Origin: an uncultured Clostridia bacterium
GTDB lineage: Bacteria > Bacillota > DTU014
Direction: 5' to 3'
Assembly (NCBI GenBank): GCA_900016865.1
Contig: FIZI01000016.1
Span: forward strand, 45,304-109,303
Length of the DNA: 64,000 bases
Positions within the stretch are counted from its first letter, which is position 1. Each line of letters starts with the position of its first letter. Positions 8,864 through 18,620 of this stretch are shown in pieces. Both the position numbers and the translations under genes were made by a program. Below the pieces are notes generated by a model that was given only the letters and a program-made list of their open reading frames with translations, was not told where the DNA came from and did not search any database.

Positions 8864-11252
8864 CGTACTGGTGACTCTTCAATACAAGCCTGAAATGATA
8901 ATGGAGTACTTCGGAAACGGCAGTGCTCTCGGCATGCACATCCGCTATTTCATTGAAGACCAGCCTCTCGGCACGGCAGGCAGTGTCAAGAGCGTGGAGG
9001 GATATCTAAATGAGCCGTTTCTGGTCGTAAGCGGCGACGCCATGACTGACATCGACTTGACGTCTGCCCTTGACTACCATCGCAGCAAAGGGTCAACTGC
9101 TACCATTGTCTTGACTCGTGTACCTACGCCGCTGGAATACGGTGTAGTAATCATTGATGAGACCGGCCGAATCCGGCGGTTCCTAGAGAAGCCCAGCTGG
9201 AGTGAAGTCTTCAGCGATATGGTGAACACCGGCATATACGTCCTCCAGCCGGAGGTCTTGAGCTGGATTCCCGCAGGGCAGCCGTTTGATTTCAGCAAGG
9301 ACCTATTCCCCAAGCTCCTTGAGTCAGGAGAGCCGATGTACGGATATGAGGCAAAGGGGTATTGGTGCGACGTAGGCAACATAGAGGCGTACGCAGCGAC
9401 ACACATCGACATTCTCGCAGGCAAGCTGGATGTTCCGATCCCGGGCAAGCAGATTCGCACAGGAGTCTGGGTCGAGGATGGAACTCAGATACACCCTACA
9501 GCCGTCCTAAACGCTCCCGCTTACATAGGCAGCCATTGCAAGATCGGTGCTAACGCAGAGATAGGTGCATACTCGGTGCTCGGCGAGCAGATCCTCGTCG
9601 GTGCGAACAGCTCGCTCAAAAGGTCGGTGATCTGGGACAATGTCTACTTGGGCAACGAGGTAGAGATACGGGGAGCCATCCTCTGCGACAGAGTTAGCGT
9701 CAAGGACAGGTGTGCGGTATTTGAAGGCGCCGTGATCGGCCCTGATTCAACAATAGGCCAGAGGGTGATCGTCAAGCCCGGTGTCAAGATCTGGCCTGAC
9801 AAGTTCGTCAGCCCGGGCACGACATTGAGTTCGAGCGTCATATGGGGTTCGACCGCGTTTAGCAGGCTCTTTTGCACTCTGGGAGTGTCCGGTGCCTTCA
9901 ACGTGGAGATCACCTCAGAATTTGCAGCCAAACTCGGGGCGGCGTATGGTTCTCGTTTGAAGGCCGAAGCCCCGGTTATCGTCGCGTCAGACGGGGCGAA
10001 GGCGTCGGACGTGGTGAAGCAGGCCATTTCTGCAGGCATCCTCTCCTCCGGGCGAGACGTGAGGGACATCAAGACCGCGACTATGCCTCTGACTCGCTTC
10101 GCAGTAGCGAAGCTGGGCTCTGTTGGAGGAGTGTACGTATGTCGCTCACCCGGCGATCAGAACGGCATACTCATGCGCTTCATGGACGAGCAGGCACTTG
10201 ATATAGATAGCTCCACACAGAGGGGTATCGAGCGCGACTTCTTTAGCGGTGACTTCTCGAGAGCCCCTGCTTCTGCTTGTGGCAGCATCACAACTGTCCG
10301 AGACATTGGAACTCATTATCTCAAAGAGCTCTTGGCTACGGTCGATCGCGAGGCTGTTAGACGAAGCGGGTTCAAGGCCGTGCTCCAGGTAAACCGCTTG
10401 ACAACATCGCCGTTGGTCCAAAGGCTGATGAGTGAACTCGGTGTTGACGCGGTCATCCTCGATGAGGCCCCTGAGTTCGGCGACTCGTCCGGTGTAGAGA
10501 CCGACGGAGATCGGGTGCTGGAGGGCCTTGTGAGGATCTCGCAGCAGGTGGTGTCATCCGGGGCGGATATAGGCGCTCTGGTGGATTCGAGCGGCGAGCA
10601 CGTCATGCTTGTCGACGAGCTCGGGTCGTCTCTATCGAGCGAGAGCTTCCTCGCACTCCTGTCCCTGATGACACTCAGACAGCGCACAGGCGCCAGAGTA
10701 GTTGCGCCAGTAACTGCCCCAAGAGTCATTGACCGATTGGCCGAGAGGTTCAACGGCGCGGTAGTTCGGACGAAAGCCAATGTGCGGTCAATGATGGAGA
10801 TGATGGTCAGGCAAAAGGTCTCAATCGGAGGTTCTGACCTGCCAAGCTTCCAGCCAGCTTTTGACGCAGTGGCCGCGCTCGCTAGGCTTCTCGAGTTTAT
10901 GGCCAAGGAGGGCGTGTCCCTCTCCAGTATAATGACCCGAGTGCCGCCCATTCACATGGACCGGGCAACCGTAGCATGCCCATGGGACAGGAAGGGGCAA
11001 GTAATGCGCACTCTCATAGAGACCGAGCCAAAGGACAAGATGGAACTCCTCGACGGCATAAAGGTCTACCACGGTTCGGGATGGGCGTTGGTGCTGCCGG
11101 ACTCGGATGAACCCGTATTTCACGTGTACTGCGAAGCCGCGTCAATGGAAAGCGCGATCGAGCTCAAGGAATTGTACGTCTCGAAGATCAACAAGATCAG
11201 CAGCGCTGACGATCCTATGGGCCGGTCTGGAGACAGGACACATGAGCTCTAG
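8721..11252 (+). CDS. Fused sugar-1-phosphate nucleotidyltransferase (with left-handed beta-helix) / phosphomannomutase-phosphoglucomutase
   Basis: A GTG start gives the NTP-transferase N-terminus MKAVIMAGGKGTRLRPLT, followed by hexapeptide-repeat LbH regions. The C-terminal roughly 450 aa have a phosphohexomutase layout. 843 aa. Confidence 0.85.
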   Translation: MKAVIMAGGKGTRLRPLTCDRPKPMVPILGKPIMEYILRLLLKHGIRDVLVTLQYKPEMIMEYFGNGSALGMHIRYFIEDQPLGTAGSVKSVEGYLNEPFLVVSGDAMTDIDLTSALDYHRSKGSTATIVLTRVPTPLEYGVVIIDETGRIRRFLEKPSWSEVFSDMVNTGIYVLQPEVLSWIPAGQPFDFSKDLFPKLLESGEPMYGYEAKGYWCDVGNIEAYAATHIDILAGKLDVPIPGKQIRTGVWVEDGTQIHPTAVLNAPAYIGSHCKIGANAEIGAYSVLGEQILVGANSSLKRSVIWDNVYLGNEVEIRGAILCDRVSVKDRCAVFEGAVIGPDSTIGQRVIVKPGVKIWPDKFVSPGTTLSSSVIWGSTAFSRLFCTLGVSGAFNVEITSEFAAKLGAAYGSRLKAEAPVIVASDGAKASDVVKQAISAGILSSGRDVRDIKTATMPLTRFAVAKLGSVGGVYVCRSPGDQNGILMRFMDEQALDIDSSTQRGIERDFFSGDFSRAPASACGSITTVRDIGTHYLKELLATVDREAVRRSGFKAVLQVNRLTTSPLVQRLMSELGVDAVILDEAPEFGDSSGVETDGDRVLEGLVRISQQVVSSGADIGALVDSSGEHVMLVDELGSSLSSESFLALLSLMTLRQRTGARVVAPVTAPRVIDRLAERFNGAVVRTKANVRSMMEMMVRQKVSIGGSDLPSFQPAFDAVAALARLLEFMAKEGVSLSSIMTRVPPIHMDRATVACPWDRKGQVMRTLIETEPKDKMELLDGIKVYHGSGWALVLPDSDEPVFHVYCEAASMESAIELKELYVSKINKISSADDPMGRSGDRTHEL

Positions 11253-11293
11253 CGAACACCGGAGCTAGTGAACCCGATAGAGCTCTAGTGGCG

Positions 11294-12895
11294 TTAGCTG
11301 ACCATGTGTGACGCATAGATGGAGTAGTCGATTTCTGGGAATATGTTGTCCTTCCACTCAAGGTGTGACAGGTAGTCCGGGTCAATGCGGTCCTGCGTTA
11401 TCTGGTCAAACAGCTCCGCAAATCGTCCAACATGGTTCTTGGTTCTCCTTATGGCGTAGTCCACCATGGTCCCGGTCTTCATGATGAACGCCCAGTCGCT
11501 GCTTTGAGCGAGCAGGAGTTCACGGGCTGCCTGGTTGAGGGCGCGTCGAAGTATGCCTTCAGCCTTGGGGTACCTGTTTGCGAGTTCAACCATTTGCCGA
11601 GAGGCTCGGTGCAAGTGTCGGTAGATCCAATCGTTGGTTTCGTTGAGCCATACCTCGCAGTAGCCTTTGAACCCCCAGCTCGACATAGTCGGTGTCGACA
11701 CCTGGTTGTGAGAGTACGACGTGAGGTAATCCGACGGAGTGACAAGGCGGTAAATGTCCTGTTCGTAAGCTGACTTGCGGATCAAGAAATCCAGCCATTC
11801 CGGCCCCTCAAACCACCAGTGCCCAAACAGCTCTGCATCGTACGGCGCAACGACAATGGGTTGCCGATCTAGCAGCGATGCGAGAAACTCCAACTGACGT
11901 TCTCTGTTGAACATGAAGTTGCCCGCATGCAGTGCAGCTTTGTTCAGAGCAGCTTGACGGTTGTATATGGCCTTCTCGTCGGTCTTGCCGGTTATTCTGT
12001 GATACTTTATCCCAGTGTGCCCTCGTATGCCGTTTCGCAGATAGGGGCAGATGTAGTCGTAATCCAGGTCAAATCCTATGTCTCTGTAAAAGTCCCTGTA
12101 GTCGAAGTCTCCCGGGTAGCCTTCGTCTGCACTCCAGACCTGCTTTGATGATTCGGGATCGCGGCCAAAGACTGCTACCCCTGATTGACAGTATATGGGC
12201 GCGTAGACTCCGTACTTCGGCCTGGGGCTCGCGAAGAGAACTCCATGCGTGTCTGCAAACGTATACCTAATCCCATGGCGGGCAAGCGCGGAGTCAACTC
12301 CCGGGTAGAACCCACATTCAGGCAACCAAAACCCAAAGGGGCTGAAGCCGAAATGACGCCTGAAGTGGCTGACGCCTACGGATATCTGAGCTTCGACGGA
12401 TTGGGCTACTTCATCCATGAGCGGCAGAAAACCGTGAGTAGCAGCGCTCGTAATAAGCTCGACTGCACCCACATCGTGCAGGCGTTTGAACCCTGAGAGG
12501 AGATTCCGGTTGTACTTGTTCTCAAAAACCTCCCGGACATGATAGGCCCTCTCTCTGTACATCAAGGCAAGCGAATGGAGCTCTGGGTTAAGAACCGTCC
12601 GCTTGACCTCTTTCTCACATAGATCGATGAGACGATTGACATAATCGACATATCTTTGTTGTAGGAGCGGATCAGTGAGCATCTCCATTAGGGGAGGTGA
12701 CAGTGATACCGTTATCCTGAACTCAACGCCGTCTTCCACTAATCCGTTGAACACATCTAGCAGCGGAATGTACGTTTCAGTGATCGCTTCGTTGAGCCAG
12801 TTGCCTTCCAGGAAGCCATCTGTGTCCGGGTGCTTTACATATGGAAGGTGGGCGTGCAACACGATTGCCACATAGCCCTTAGGTGATTTCTTCAT
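11294..12895 (-). CDS. GH57-family glycoside hydrolase (alpha-glucan branching/amylase-like)
   Basis: The N-terminus VAIVLHAHLPYV is the GH57 hallmark, and the 533-aa length matches GH57 branching-enzyme-like proteins. It is translationally coupled to the upstream DUF4912 gene by a 17-nt overlap. Confidence 0.85.
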   Translation of the reverse strand: MKKSPKGYVAIVLHAHLPYVKHPDTDGFLEGNWLNEAITETYIPLLDVFNGLVEDGVEFRITVSLSPPLMEMLTDPLLQQRYVDYVNRLIDLCEKEVKRTVLNPELHSLALMYRERAYHVREVFENKYNRNLLSGFKRLHDVGAVELITSAATHGFLPLMDEVAQSVEAQISVGVSHFRRHFGFSPFGFWLPECGFYPGVDSALARHGIRYTFADTHGVLFASPRPKYGVYAPIYCQSGVAVFGRDPESSKQVWSADEGYPGDFDYRDFYRDIGFDLDYDYICPYLRNGIRGHTGIKYHRITGKTDEKAIYNRQAALNKAALHAGNFMFNRERQLEFLASLLDRQPIVVAPYDAELFGHWWFEGPEWLDFLIRKSAYEQDIYRLVTPSDYLTSYSHNQVSTPTMSSWGFKGYCEVWLNETNDWIYRHLHRASRQMVELANRYPKAEGILRRALNQAARELLLAQSSDWAFIMKTGTMVDYAIRRTKNHVGRFAELFDQITQDRIDPDYLSHLEWKDNIFPEIDYSIYASHMVS

Positions 12896-13802
12896 CGCAG
12901 CGACCTCGTTCCATCGTCCATTTGACGCCGTGTACGTGCGTGCTCTTGCCCTCGAGCGAACTCAAAGCCCCCCACGGGCCAGATGGACTAAACCCGCGGA
13001 CAAGGGCTTCTGAACCCATTAACAGCCTGCGACGGGCTAACCGCGACACGAACCGCTGTTGAAATTCTGGTGAGCTCGGCCCAAAGCCCGCTGACATCCA
13101 ATAAAGCTTGTCAAATCCGCTGAGGACCATCCATTCCTCGTCAGTGACGTCTGAGATCCGGTCTCTCGGAGTTGACACCAGGCCGGACCTGGCGAGAACG
13201 AGCTCGCGGCCAGTCGGAGTTATGATTGCTATGTCTGCGCAGTATGTTCGGTTCGCAGCCGGGACATTGATGTACCAGCTGGTTGCTTCGTCGCCTATTC
13301 CTATGTCCATCCTGCTTCGTATATCGCCAAGAACACCGTCTGTGACATCGTAGACCCGAAGGAGCTTTATGCTCTTGGACCATGCATCACGGCCGTAATC
13401 CCTGCATACGCGTTGCTTGTCCTGCTCCGATACGCTCCAGTAAGCATAGATCCAATAGGGATCGCGAACCATCAGAGTCAGAATGGTCTCGTTGTACCTC
13501 TGAGGAATACGGTATTCCGGAGGGTCCTCCGGAATCGGCGACGTGATTTCAGTGCGGCCCCTAAACTCAGCCGGCGTCGGACTGCTTGGGCTTTGGCGGT
13601 CGAGTTCTGGAGACTTGTGCAAGTACATGCTGGATTGAGAATCACCCACTCGAGTGGAGGAGGGATCGTCATCAGCGCCTATACCTGCGCCTATGTGGTT
13701 GTGCCGAGCCCTGCCGGCATTGCCAGCTGAGTCCTGCATTGGGCGGCGATATCCTCCTCGTGTAAAGTGGTACTGGAAGCCGATCTCGTGACTTGGGATC
13801 AA
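12879..13802 (-). CDS. DUF4912-family protein (GH57-associated, function unknown)
   Basis: The conserved core LTLMVRDPYWIYAYWSVSEQ is characteristic of DUF4912. The first roughly 100 aa are low-complexity and the true start may be internal. The gene lies upstream of, and overlaps, the GH57 gene. Confidence 0.65.
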   Translation of the reverse strand: MIPSHEIGFQYHFTRGGYRRPMQDSAGNAGRARHNHIGAGIGADDDPSSTRVGDSQSSMYLHKSPELDRQSPSSPTPAEFRGRTEITSPIPEDPPEYRIPQRYNETILTLMVRDPYWIYAYWSVSEQDKQRVCRDYGRDAWSKSIKLLRVYDVTDGVLGDIRSRMDIGIGDEATSWYINVPAANRTYCADIAIITPTGRELVLARSGLVSTPRDRISDVTDEEWMVLSGFDKLYWMSAGFGPSSPEFQQRFVSRLARRRLLMGSEALVRGFSPSGPWGALSSLEGKSTHVHGVKWTMERGRCDEEIT

Positions 13803-14018
13803 TCTGTGAGAGCCATCTAAGCGACGACTGCGTCCATTGCTTAATATCGCCGTTCCTGTATGAGTTTATACTGTAAAACGTCCGGCTGTGGAACACTGCC
13901 GAATATCCGGGAGAGAGCTGGAGATAATAAGCAGTAAGGCGCGTTCGAATGCAGAGATGCATTCATGTCTTGACGCGTCAATCTCTTGACCCGGCAGAAC
14001 GCGCTTGGGAGCAACACG

Positions 14019-15677
14019 ATGACGCTAGGGTATTTCTGTTTGGTCCTTCACAGTCATATCCCTTACACAAAGAAAGCTGGCAAATGGCCATTCGGAGAGG
14101 AATGGCTCTACGAAGCAATGGCCGAGACATACATACCTATCCTAGATATACTTGCAGGACTCAACGAGTCGGCCCGGGTGTGTGTAAGCATATCTCCAGT
14201 GCTCATGGAGCAGCTGAGAGATCCGTACATGAATGAGGGTTTCGAGGAATACCTAGGGCAACGTCTGGCTGCAGCATCTGCGGATGTGTCGAGGTTTGCA
14301 GCGACCTCAGACTACCGACTCAAGAAGCTGGCAGAGGGATATGTGGACTACTACGAAAAGGTCAAAGACGCGTATATCCGGGTATGGAATCGCGATCTCT
14401 TGGGGGCCTTTAAGAGTCTCCAGGACCAGGGACGCATTGAAGTCATTACGAGTGCAGCAACTCATGCATATCTGCCGCTCATGGGCGACGAGGCTTCCGT
14501 CAGGCTGCAGCTGCTTGTTGGACGCGAGACCTACAAGGCTTACATGGGCAGAGAGCCTGCAGGCATTTGGCTACCTGAATGCGGTTACAGGCCCAGAGGC
14601 GGAAAAGACCCGCATGGCGGGACTCTGCGGCCTGGAATCGAGCAACACCTAAAGGAGTTGGGAATACACTACTTCCTTGTCGATTCCCATGCGATAGAGG
14701 GCGGTGCGCCGCTTGGCATCTATAGTTCTAGGTTGGCTCACTCATTCCAACATGCCGATGCGGAGAACTCCGCTCATACAGGAAGGAGCACCTTTCGCCC
14801 ATACTACGTAGAGGATTCAGGTGTAGCTGTATTTGGCCGCGACCGGAGGACCGGCTCGCAGGTGTGGTCCAGCGAATGGGGGTATCCCGGAGACGGGAGC
14901 TATCGAGAGTTCCACAAGAGAGACGAGAAGTCAGGTTTTAGATATTGGCGCGTGACAAACAGATTGACCGGGCTTGACAGAAAGGAGCTGTACGACCCGG
15001 ATCAAGCAATGGCCCGCGTCTTTGAGCAATCCACTCACTTTGTCTGCCTGGTGAGAAACCTTCTATCAAGCTTTGCCGCTTCTTCCAAGACTCCCGGTAT
15101 CCTCGTTGCTCCCTATGATATTGAGTTCTTTGGGCACTGGTGGCATGAAGGCCCGCAGTGGCTGCGCCAGGTGTTGACCAAGCTCGCTGAGATTCCGGAA
15201 GTAGAAGTGAGCACTCCAAGCGCTTATCTGTCAAAATACCCGCCAACCGAGGCAGTAAGGCTGAGGGAGAGCTCATGGGGGGTAGGTGGCAAGCACTATG
15301 CCTGGATGAACGAAGCGACCGCTTCGTTGTGGCAGGAGTTGTTTGCTGCAGAGTCTCGGCTAGCCTGTGTGATTGAACAGTGTCGAAACTCATCGGCGTT
15401 CGATACACGAATGGCTAGGCTGATAAACCAAGGTATCAGGGAGCTCATGCTTATGCAGAGCAGTGACTGGCCGTTCCTAATCACGACCGGTCAGGCGGCC
15501 GACTACGCCAGGTCGCGCTTTGCAGAACACAAGGACAGACTCGAGAAGGTCTTGACGGCCGCGGAGGCCCTAGCAGGTGGGTGCTGCGATCAGCGAGTAG
15601 ATGAACTAGAGGAGATCGAGCAGATCGACTCCTTGTTTAGCGGCCTGGAACTGTCCAGTCTGGTCAACTGGAGCTAG
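14019..15677 (+). CDS. GH57-family glycoside hydrolase (second copy, divergent from the DUF4912-GH57 operon)
   Basis: N-terminus MTLGYFCLVLHSHIPY (GH57 hallmark). The chosen start is the internal ATG with a weak upstream GGGAG, whereas the ORF track starts at 13986. About 553 aa. Confidence 0.85.
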   Translation: MTLGYFCLVLHSHIPYTKKAGKWPFGEEWLYEAMAETYIPILDILAGLNESARVCVSISPVLMEQLRDPYMNEGFEEYLGQRLAAASADVSRFAATSDYRLKKLAEGYVDYYEKVKDAYIRVWNRDLLGAFKSLQDQGRIEVITSAATHAYLPLMGDEASVRLQLLVGRETYKAYMGREPAGIWLPECGYRPRGGKDPHGGTLRPGIEQHLKELGIHYFLVDSHAIEGGAPLGIYSSRLAHSFQHADAENSAHTGRSTFRPYYVEDSGVAVFGRDRRTGSQVWSSEWGYPGDGSYREFHKRDEKSGFRYWRVTNRLTGLDRKELYDPDQAMARVFEQSTHFVCLVRNLLSSFAASSKTPGILVAPYDIEFFGHWWHEGPQWLRQVLTKLAEIPEVEVSTPSAYLSKYPPTEAVRLRESSWGVGGKHYAWMNEATASLWQELFAAESRLACVIEQCRNSSAFDTRMARLINQGIRELMLMQSSDWPFLITTGQAADYARSRFAEHKDRLEKVLTAAEALAGGCCDQRVDELEEIEQIDSLFSGLELSSLVNWS

Positions 15678-15775
15678 AGGACAGTGTACGGCGTGCAGGA
15701 ATTGCGGCAATCATCTGAGAACTCTAACGAGGATCCAATGCAGCACAGATGTGTCAGCAGTGAGGAGGTTCGGCC

Positions 15776-16633
15776 ATGCGAGTAGTGGTCATCACCGGAC
15801 TGTCTGGAGCAGGCAAGAGCGAGGCGATCAAGTCACTTGAGGATATTGGATATTTTTGCATAGATAACCTTCCTCCGGAACTCATTCGCAAGCTGGCTGA
15901 GCTTTTTTCACAGTCGGATCGCACAGTGAATAGGATAGCCCTGGTGGTTGATGTTCGTGCCGGCGCGTCTCTCTCAGACGCTCTTGCAGACTTAGAGGAA
16001 CTCCGCAGGATAGCGGCTGACTTCACAATCTTGTTTCTCGACGCGTCGGATGAGACATTGCTGAGACGATTTAAGGAGACGAGACGCAGGCATCCTTTGG
16101 GTTCTGAGGGCGGTATTCTCGAGGGTATTCGGCGTGAGCGGCAGCTCCTGGCGGCCATTAAGTCAGCCTCGGACCAAGTGATAGATACATCGGGTATTAC
16201 ATCTCGCCAGCTGCGCAACAGACTTGTCGAGCTTTTCAGCGAGGACGCCAGATTTGATACGTTCTCCATTACAGTCGTCTCCTTTGGGTTTAAGTATGGC
16301 ATACCTCTGGACGCAGATCTCGTGTTTGATTGTAGGTTTTTGCCAAACCCATATTGGGTTGAATCGCTTAAACCAATGCAAGGGACAGACCCTGAAGTGC
16401 GGGAATACGTTCTGAAGTGGCCTGTAACAAAAGAGTACATCGAACGTCTCAAAGACCTGTTGGAGTTTCTCGTTCCGAACTACATCGAAGAGGGTAGGAG
16501 CCACCTGATCATCGGAATCGGATGTACGGGAGGGCGTCACAGGTCTGTAGTCCTTGCTGAGGAGATAGTATCTCACTTGACACACCTTGGGTACTCGGCA
16601 GGCTTGGAGCACAGGGACATGAGCGCTAACTGA
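15776..16633 (+). CDS. rapZ: RNase adapter protein RapZ (YvcJ)
   Basis: A P-loop N-terminus MRVVVITGLSGAGKS, followed by CIDNLPPEL and a conserved C-terminal domain. It sits immediately upstream of yvcK, as in Firmicutes. Confidence 0.9.
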   Translation: MRVVVITGLSGAGKSEAIKSLEDIGYFCIDNLPPELIRKLAELFSQSDRTVNRIALVVDVRAGASLSDALADLEELRRIAADFTILFLDASDETLLRRFKETRRRHPLGSEGGILEGIRRERQLLAAIKSASDQVIDTSGITSRQLRNRLVELFSEDARFDTFSITVVSFGFKYGIPLDADLVFDCRFLPNPYWVESLKPMQGTDPEVREYVLKWPVTKEYIERLKDLLEFLVPNYIEEGRSHLIIGIGCTGGRHRSVVLAEEIVSHLTHLGYSAGLEHRDMSAN

Positions 16634-16652
16634 TTGAGAGGGATCACGTCAA

Positions 16653-18008
16653 TTGGCATTCCTTAAGTGGCTATATCCGGGGATGGGTTTGAAACGGTGG
16701 TTCTTCTTGGCGGTCCTTGGAGGCCTTATGGCCGGGCTCGGACTTGACTGCCTGTTCGGTGAAAGCATCTTGTCATTTGCTGGCCGAGCGCTAGACCGAG
16801 TCGGTGTCCAGTTTACCACGGACACGGAGGTCAGGTGTTCAGTGGCGGCAGTGCTGTTGGTCACGGGGATTCTTTGCATCGCGTTTGGCCTGGCGATGGC
16901 TATCAAACGCGTTGTCTTGGCTGTGAGGCCTGGATATGGGGGCCGCATTGCAGATGCAGTGCTCAATGACAGCACACTCAGGAGAGGGCCTTCGGTAGTC
17001 GTGATTGGAGGCGGGACCGGACTCTCTACCTTACTGCGGGGCCTTAAGCAATACACCAGCAACATTACAGCTATCGTCACTGTCACTGACGACGGAGGAA
17101 GCTCGGGCCGCCTGAGAAATGAACTCGGAATCCTTCCTCCCGGCGACATACGCAATTGCCTCGTTGCACTTGCCGACACGGAGCCGCTGATGGAGCAGCT
17201 CTTGCAGTATCGGTTTAGGTGCGGTTCGGGACTGAACGGCCACAGTTTTGGCAACTTGTTGATCGCTGCATTGACTGAGCTTTCAGGCGATTTTGAGTTG
17301 GCAGTGAGGGAGTCTAGCAAGGTCTTGGCGGTCCGGGGCCGAGTGCTCCCCTCTACACTGAGTGATGTAACTATTTGCGCGGAGCTGATCGACGGATCCA
17401 TAGTTCGGGGCGAAACGACCCTTTCAGCACAAGACAAGCCGATACGCCGAGTCTTCATCGAGCCGCAGGACTGCACTCCTCTGGCTGATGCAGTAGAGGC
17501 TATAGGAGAGGCCGATGCAATCGTTCTGGGGCCCGGCAGCTTGTACACTAGTGTGATTCCCAATCTGTTGGTCAGGCAACTGACCGCAGAGATCGCCGCA
17601 TCTCGAGCTCCTAAGATCTACGTGTGCAACGTAATGACTCAAAAGGGTGAAACAGACAACTACGGCGTCTTCGATCATGTCAAGGCTATTCTAGACCATT
17701 CGGTTGACGGCCTATTAGACTATTGCGTAGTCAACGACGGCCGAGTCTCTGAGCCCCTCCTCAAGCGGTACAGCGAGATGTCTCAGCACGTAGTCAGAGA
17801 TGATTCGAAGCGGGTCGCCGCACTTGGAATCCGTGTCGTGAAGGCAAACGTGGTCAGTGAGACTGAAGTAGTGCGGCATGATCCCATAAAGCTGGCGTCT
17901 GTCCTTATGCAGCTCATTGCAGAGATCAGAGAGGCGCAAGAGCCGAAGCCCACTGTTCGCAGGTTCGTTTGCCGCATGTTCAGGCGGAGAGAGTACATCC
18001 GGTCGTAG
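16653..18008 (+). CDS. yvcK: YvcK/CofD-like gluconeogenesis factor with unusual N-terminal two-TM extension
   Basis: The core VVVIGGGTGLSTLLRGLK ... GPGSLYTSVIPNLLV matches UPF0052/YvcK. The first roughly 100 aa contain two hydrophobic helices not found in canonical 320-aa YvcK. 451 aa in total. Confidence 0.8.
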   Translation: MAFLKWLYPGMGLKRWFFLAVLGGLMAGLGLDCLFGESILSFAGRALDRVGVQFTTDTEVRCSVAAVLLVTGILCIAFGLAMAIKRVVLAVRPGYGGRIADAVLNDSTLRRGPSVVVIGGGTGLSTLLRGLKQYTSNITAIVTVTDDGGSSGRLRNELGILPPGDIRNCLVALADTEPLMEQLLQYRFRCGSGLNGHSFGNLLIAALTELSGDFELAVRESSKVLAVRGRVLPSTLSDVTICAELIDGSIVRGETTLSAQDKPIRRVFIEPQDCTPLADAVEAIGEADAIVLGPGSLYTSVIPNLLVRQLTAEIAASRAPKIYVCNVMTQKGETDNYGVFDHVKAILDHSVDGLLDYCVVNDGRVSEPLLKRYSEMSQHVVRDDSKRVAALGIRVVKANVVSETEVVRHDPIKLASVLMQLIAEIREAQEPKPTVRRFVCRMFRRREYIRS

Positions 18009-18044
18009 GGTCTCGATTGGAACGTAAGTCCGTTCGTGCCTATC

Positions 18045-18620
18045 CTATCCAAAGACTAACGTGCACACAATGATTGATGCCAAGAAACCGACTATATCGG
18101 CTATCAGGCCTGTCCAGACAGCATGTCTTACTCTGCGTATCCCGACTGCGCCGAAGTACACGGTGACAATGTAAAAGGTCGTGTCTGCACTTCCTTGGAT
18201 GGTGGACGCCATCCGTCCGATCATTGAATCAGGCCCATGGGTGGACAGCAGGTCTGCGAGAATGCCCAGCGAGCCGCTGCCTGACAATGGCCGCACTATG
18301 AGAAGCGGCACCACTTCGACGGGCACTCCTATGACATTCAGGACCGGAGACAGGACTGAGGCAGCCATATCGAGTGCGCCCGAAGCCCGCAGGATCCCAA
18401 GAGCCAGGAACATCGCGAGTAGAAACGGCAGGATCCTCAAGGCCACCGAAACGCCGTCCTTTGCTCCTTTTACGAACTCTTCGTAGACCGGCACCCTTTT
18501 GTAAGCACCCCAGACGAGAATTGCGATGATCAACAGTGGTACAGCAAGCGCCGAGGCGCTTTGGATGGTGCCGACCAGTCTCTCAAGCAGTACTGACTTT
18601 GCCAGCATTGGCACAGTCAC
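18045..18620 (-). CDS. spmB: Spore maturation protein B-like (nucleoside-recognition Gate-domain membrane protein)
   Basis: A 191-aa polytopic membrane protein, paired with and overlapping the spmA-like gene (4-nt overlap). The pair resembles spmA/spmB architecture. Confidence 0.7.
   Translation of the reverse strand: MTVPMLAKSVLLERLVGTIQSASALAVPLLIIAILVWGAYKRVPVYEEFVKGAKDGVSVALRILPFLLAMFLALGILRASGALDMAASVLSPVLNVIGVPVEVVPLLIVRPLSGSGSLGILADLLSTHGPDSMIGRMASTIQGSADTTFYIVTVYFGAVGIRRVRHAVWTGLIADIVGFLASIIVCTLVFG

Noticed and set aside
9644-10951. Reverse ORFs 9644-10072 and 10316-10951 inside the nucleotidyltransferase/PMM fusion
   Set aside because: They are antisense to a long conserved-motif gene, with low-complexity translations.
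16649-17563. 304-aa reverse ORF over yvcK
   Set aside because: It is antisense to the YvcK core with its GGGTG motif. Its composition is S/P/R/T-rich without motifs.
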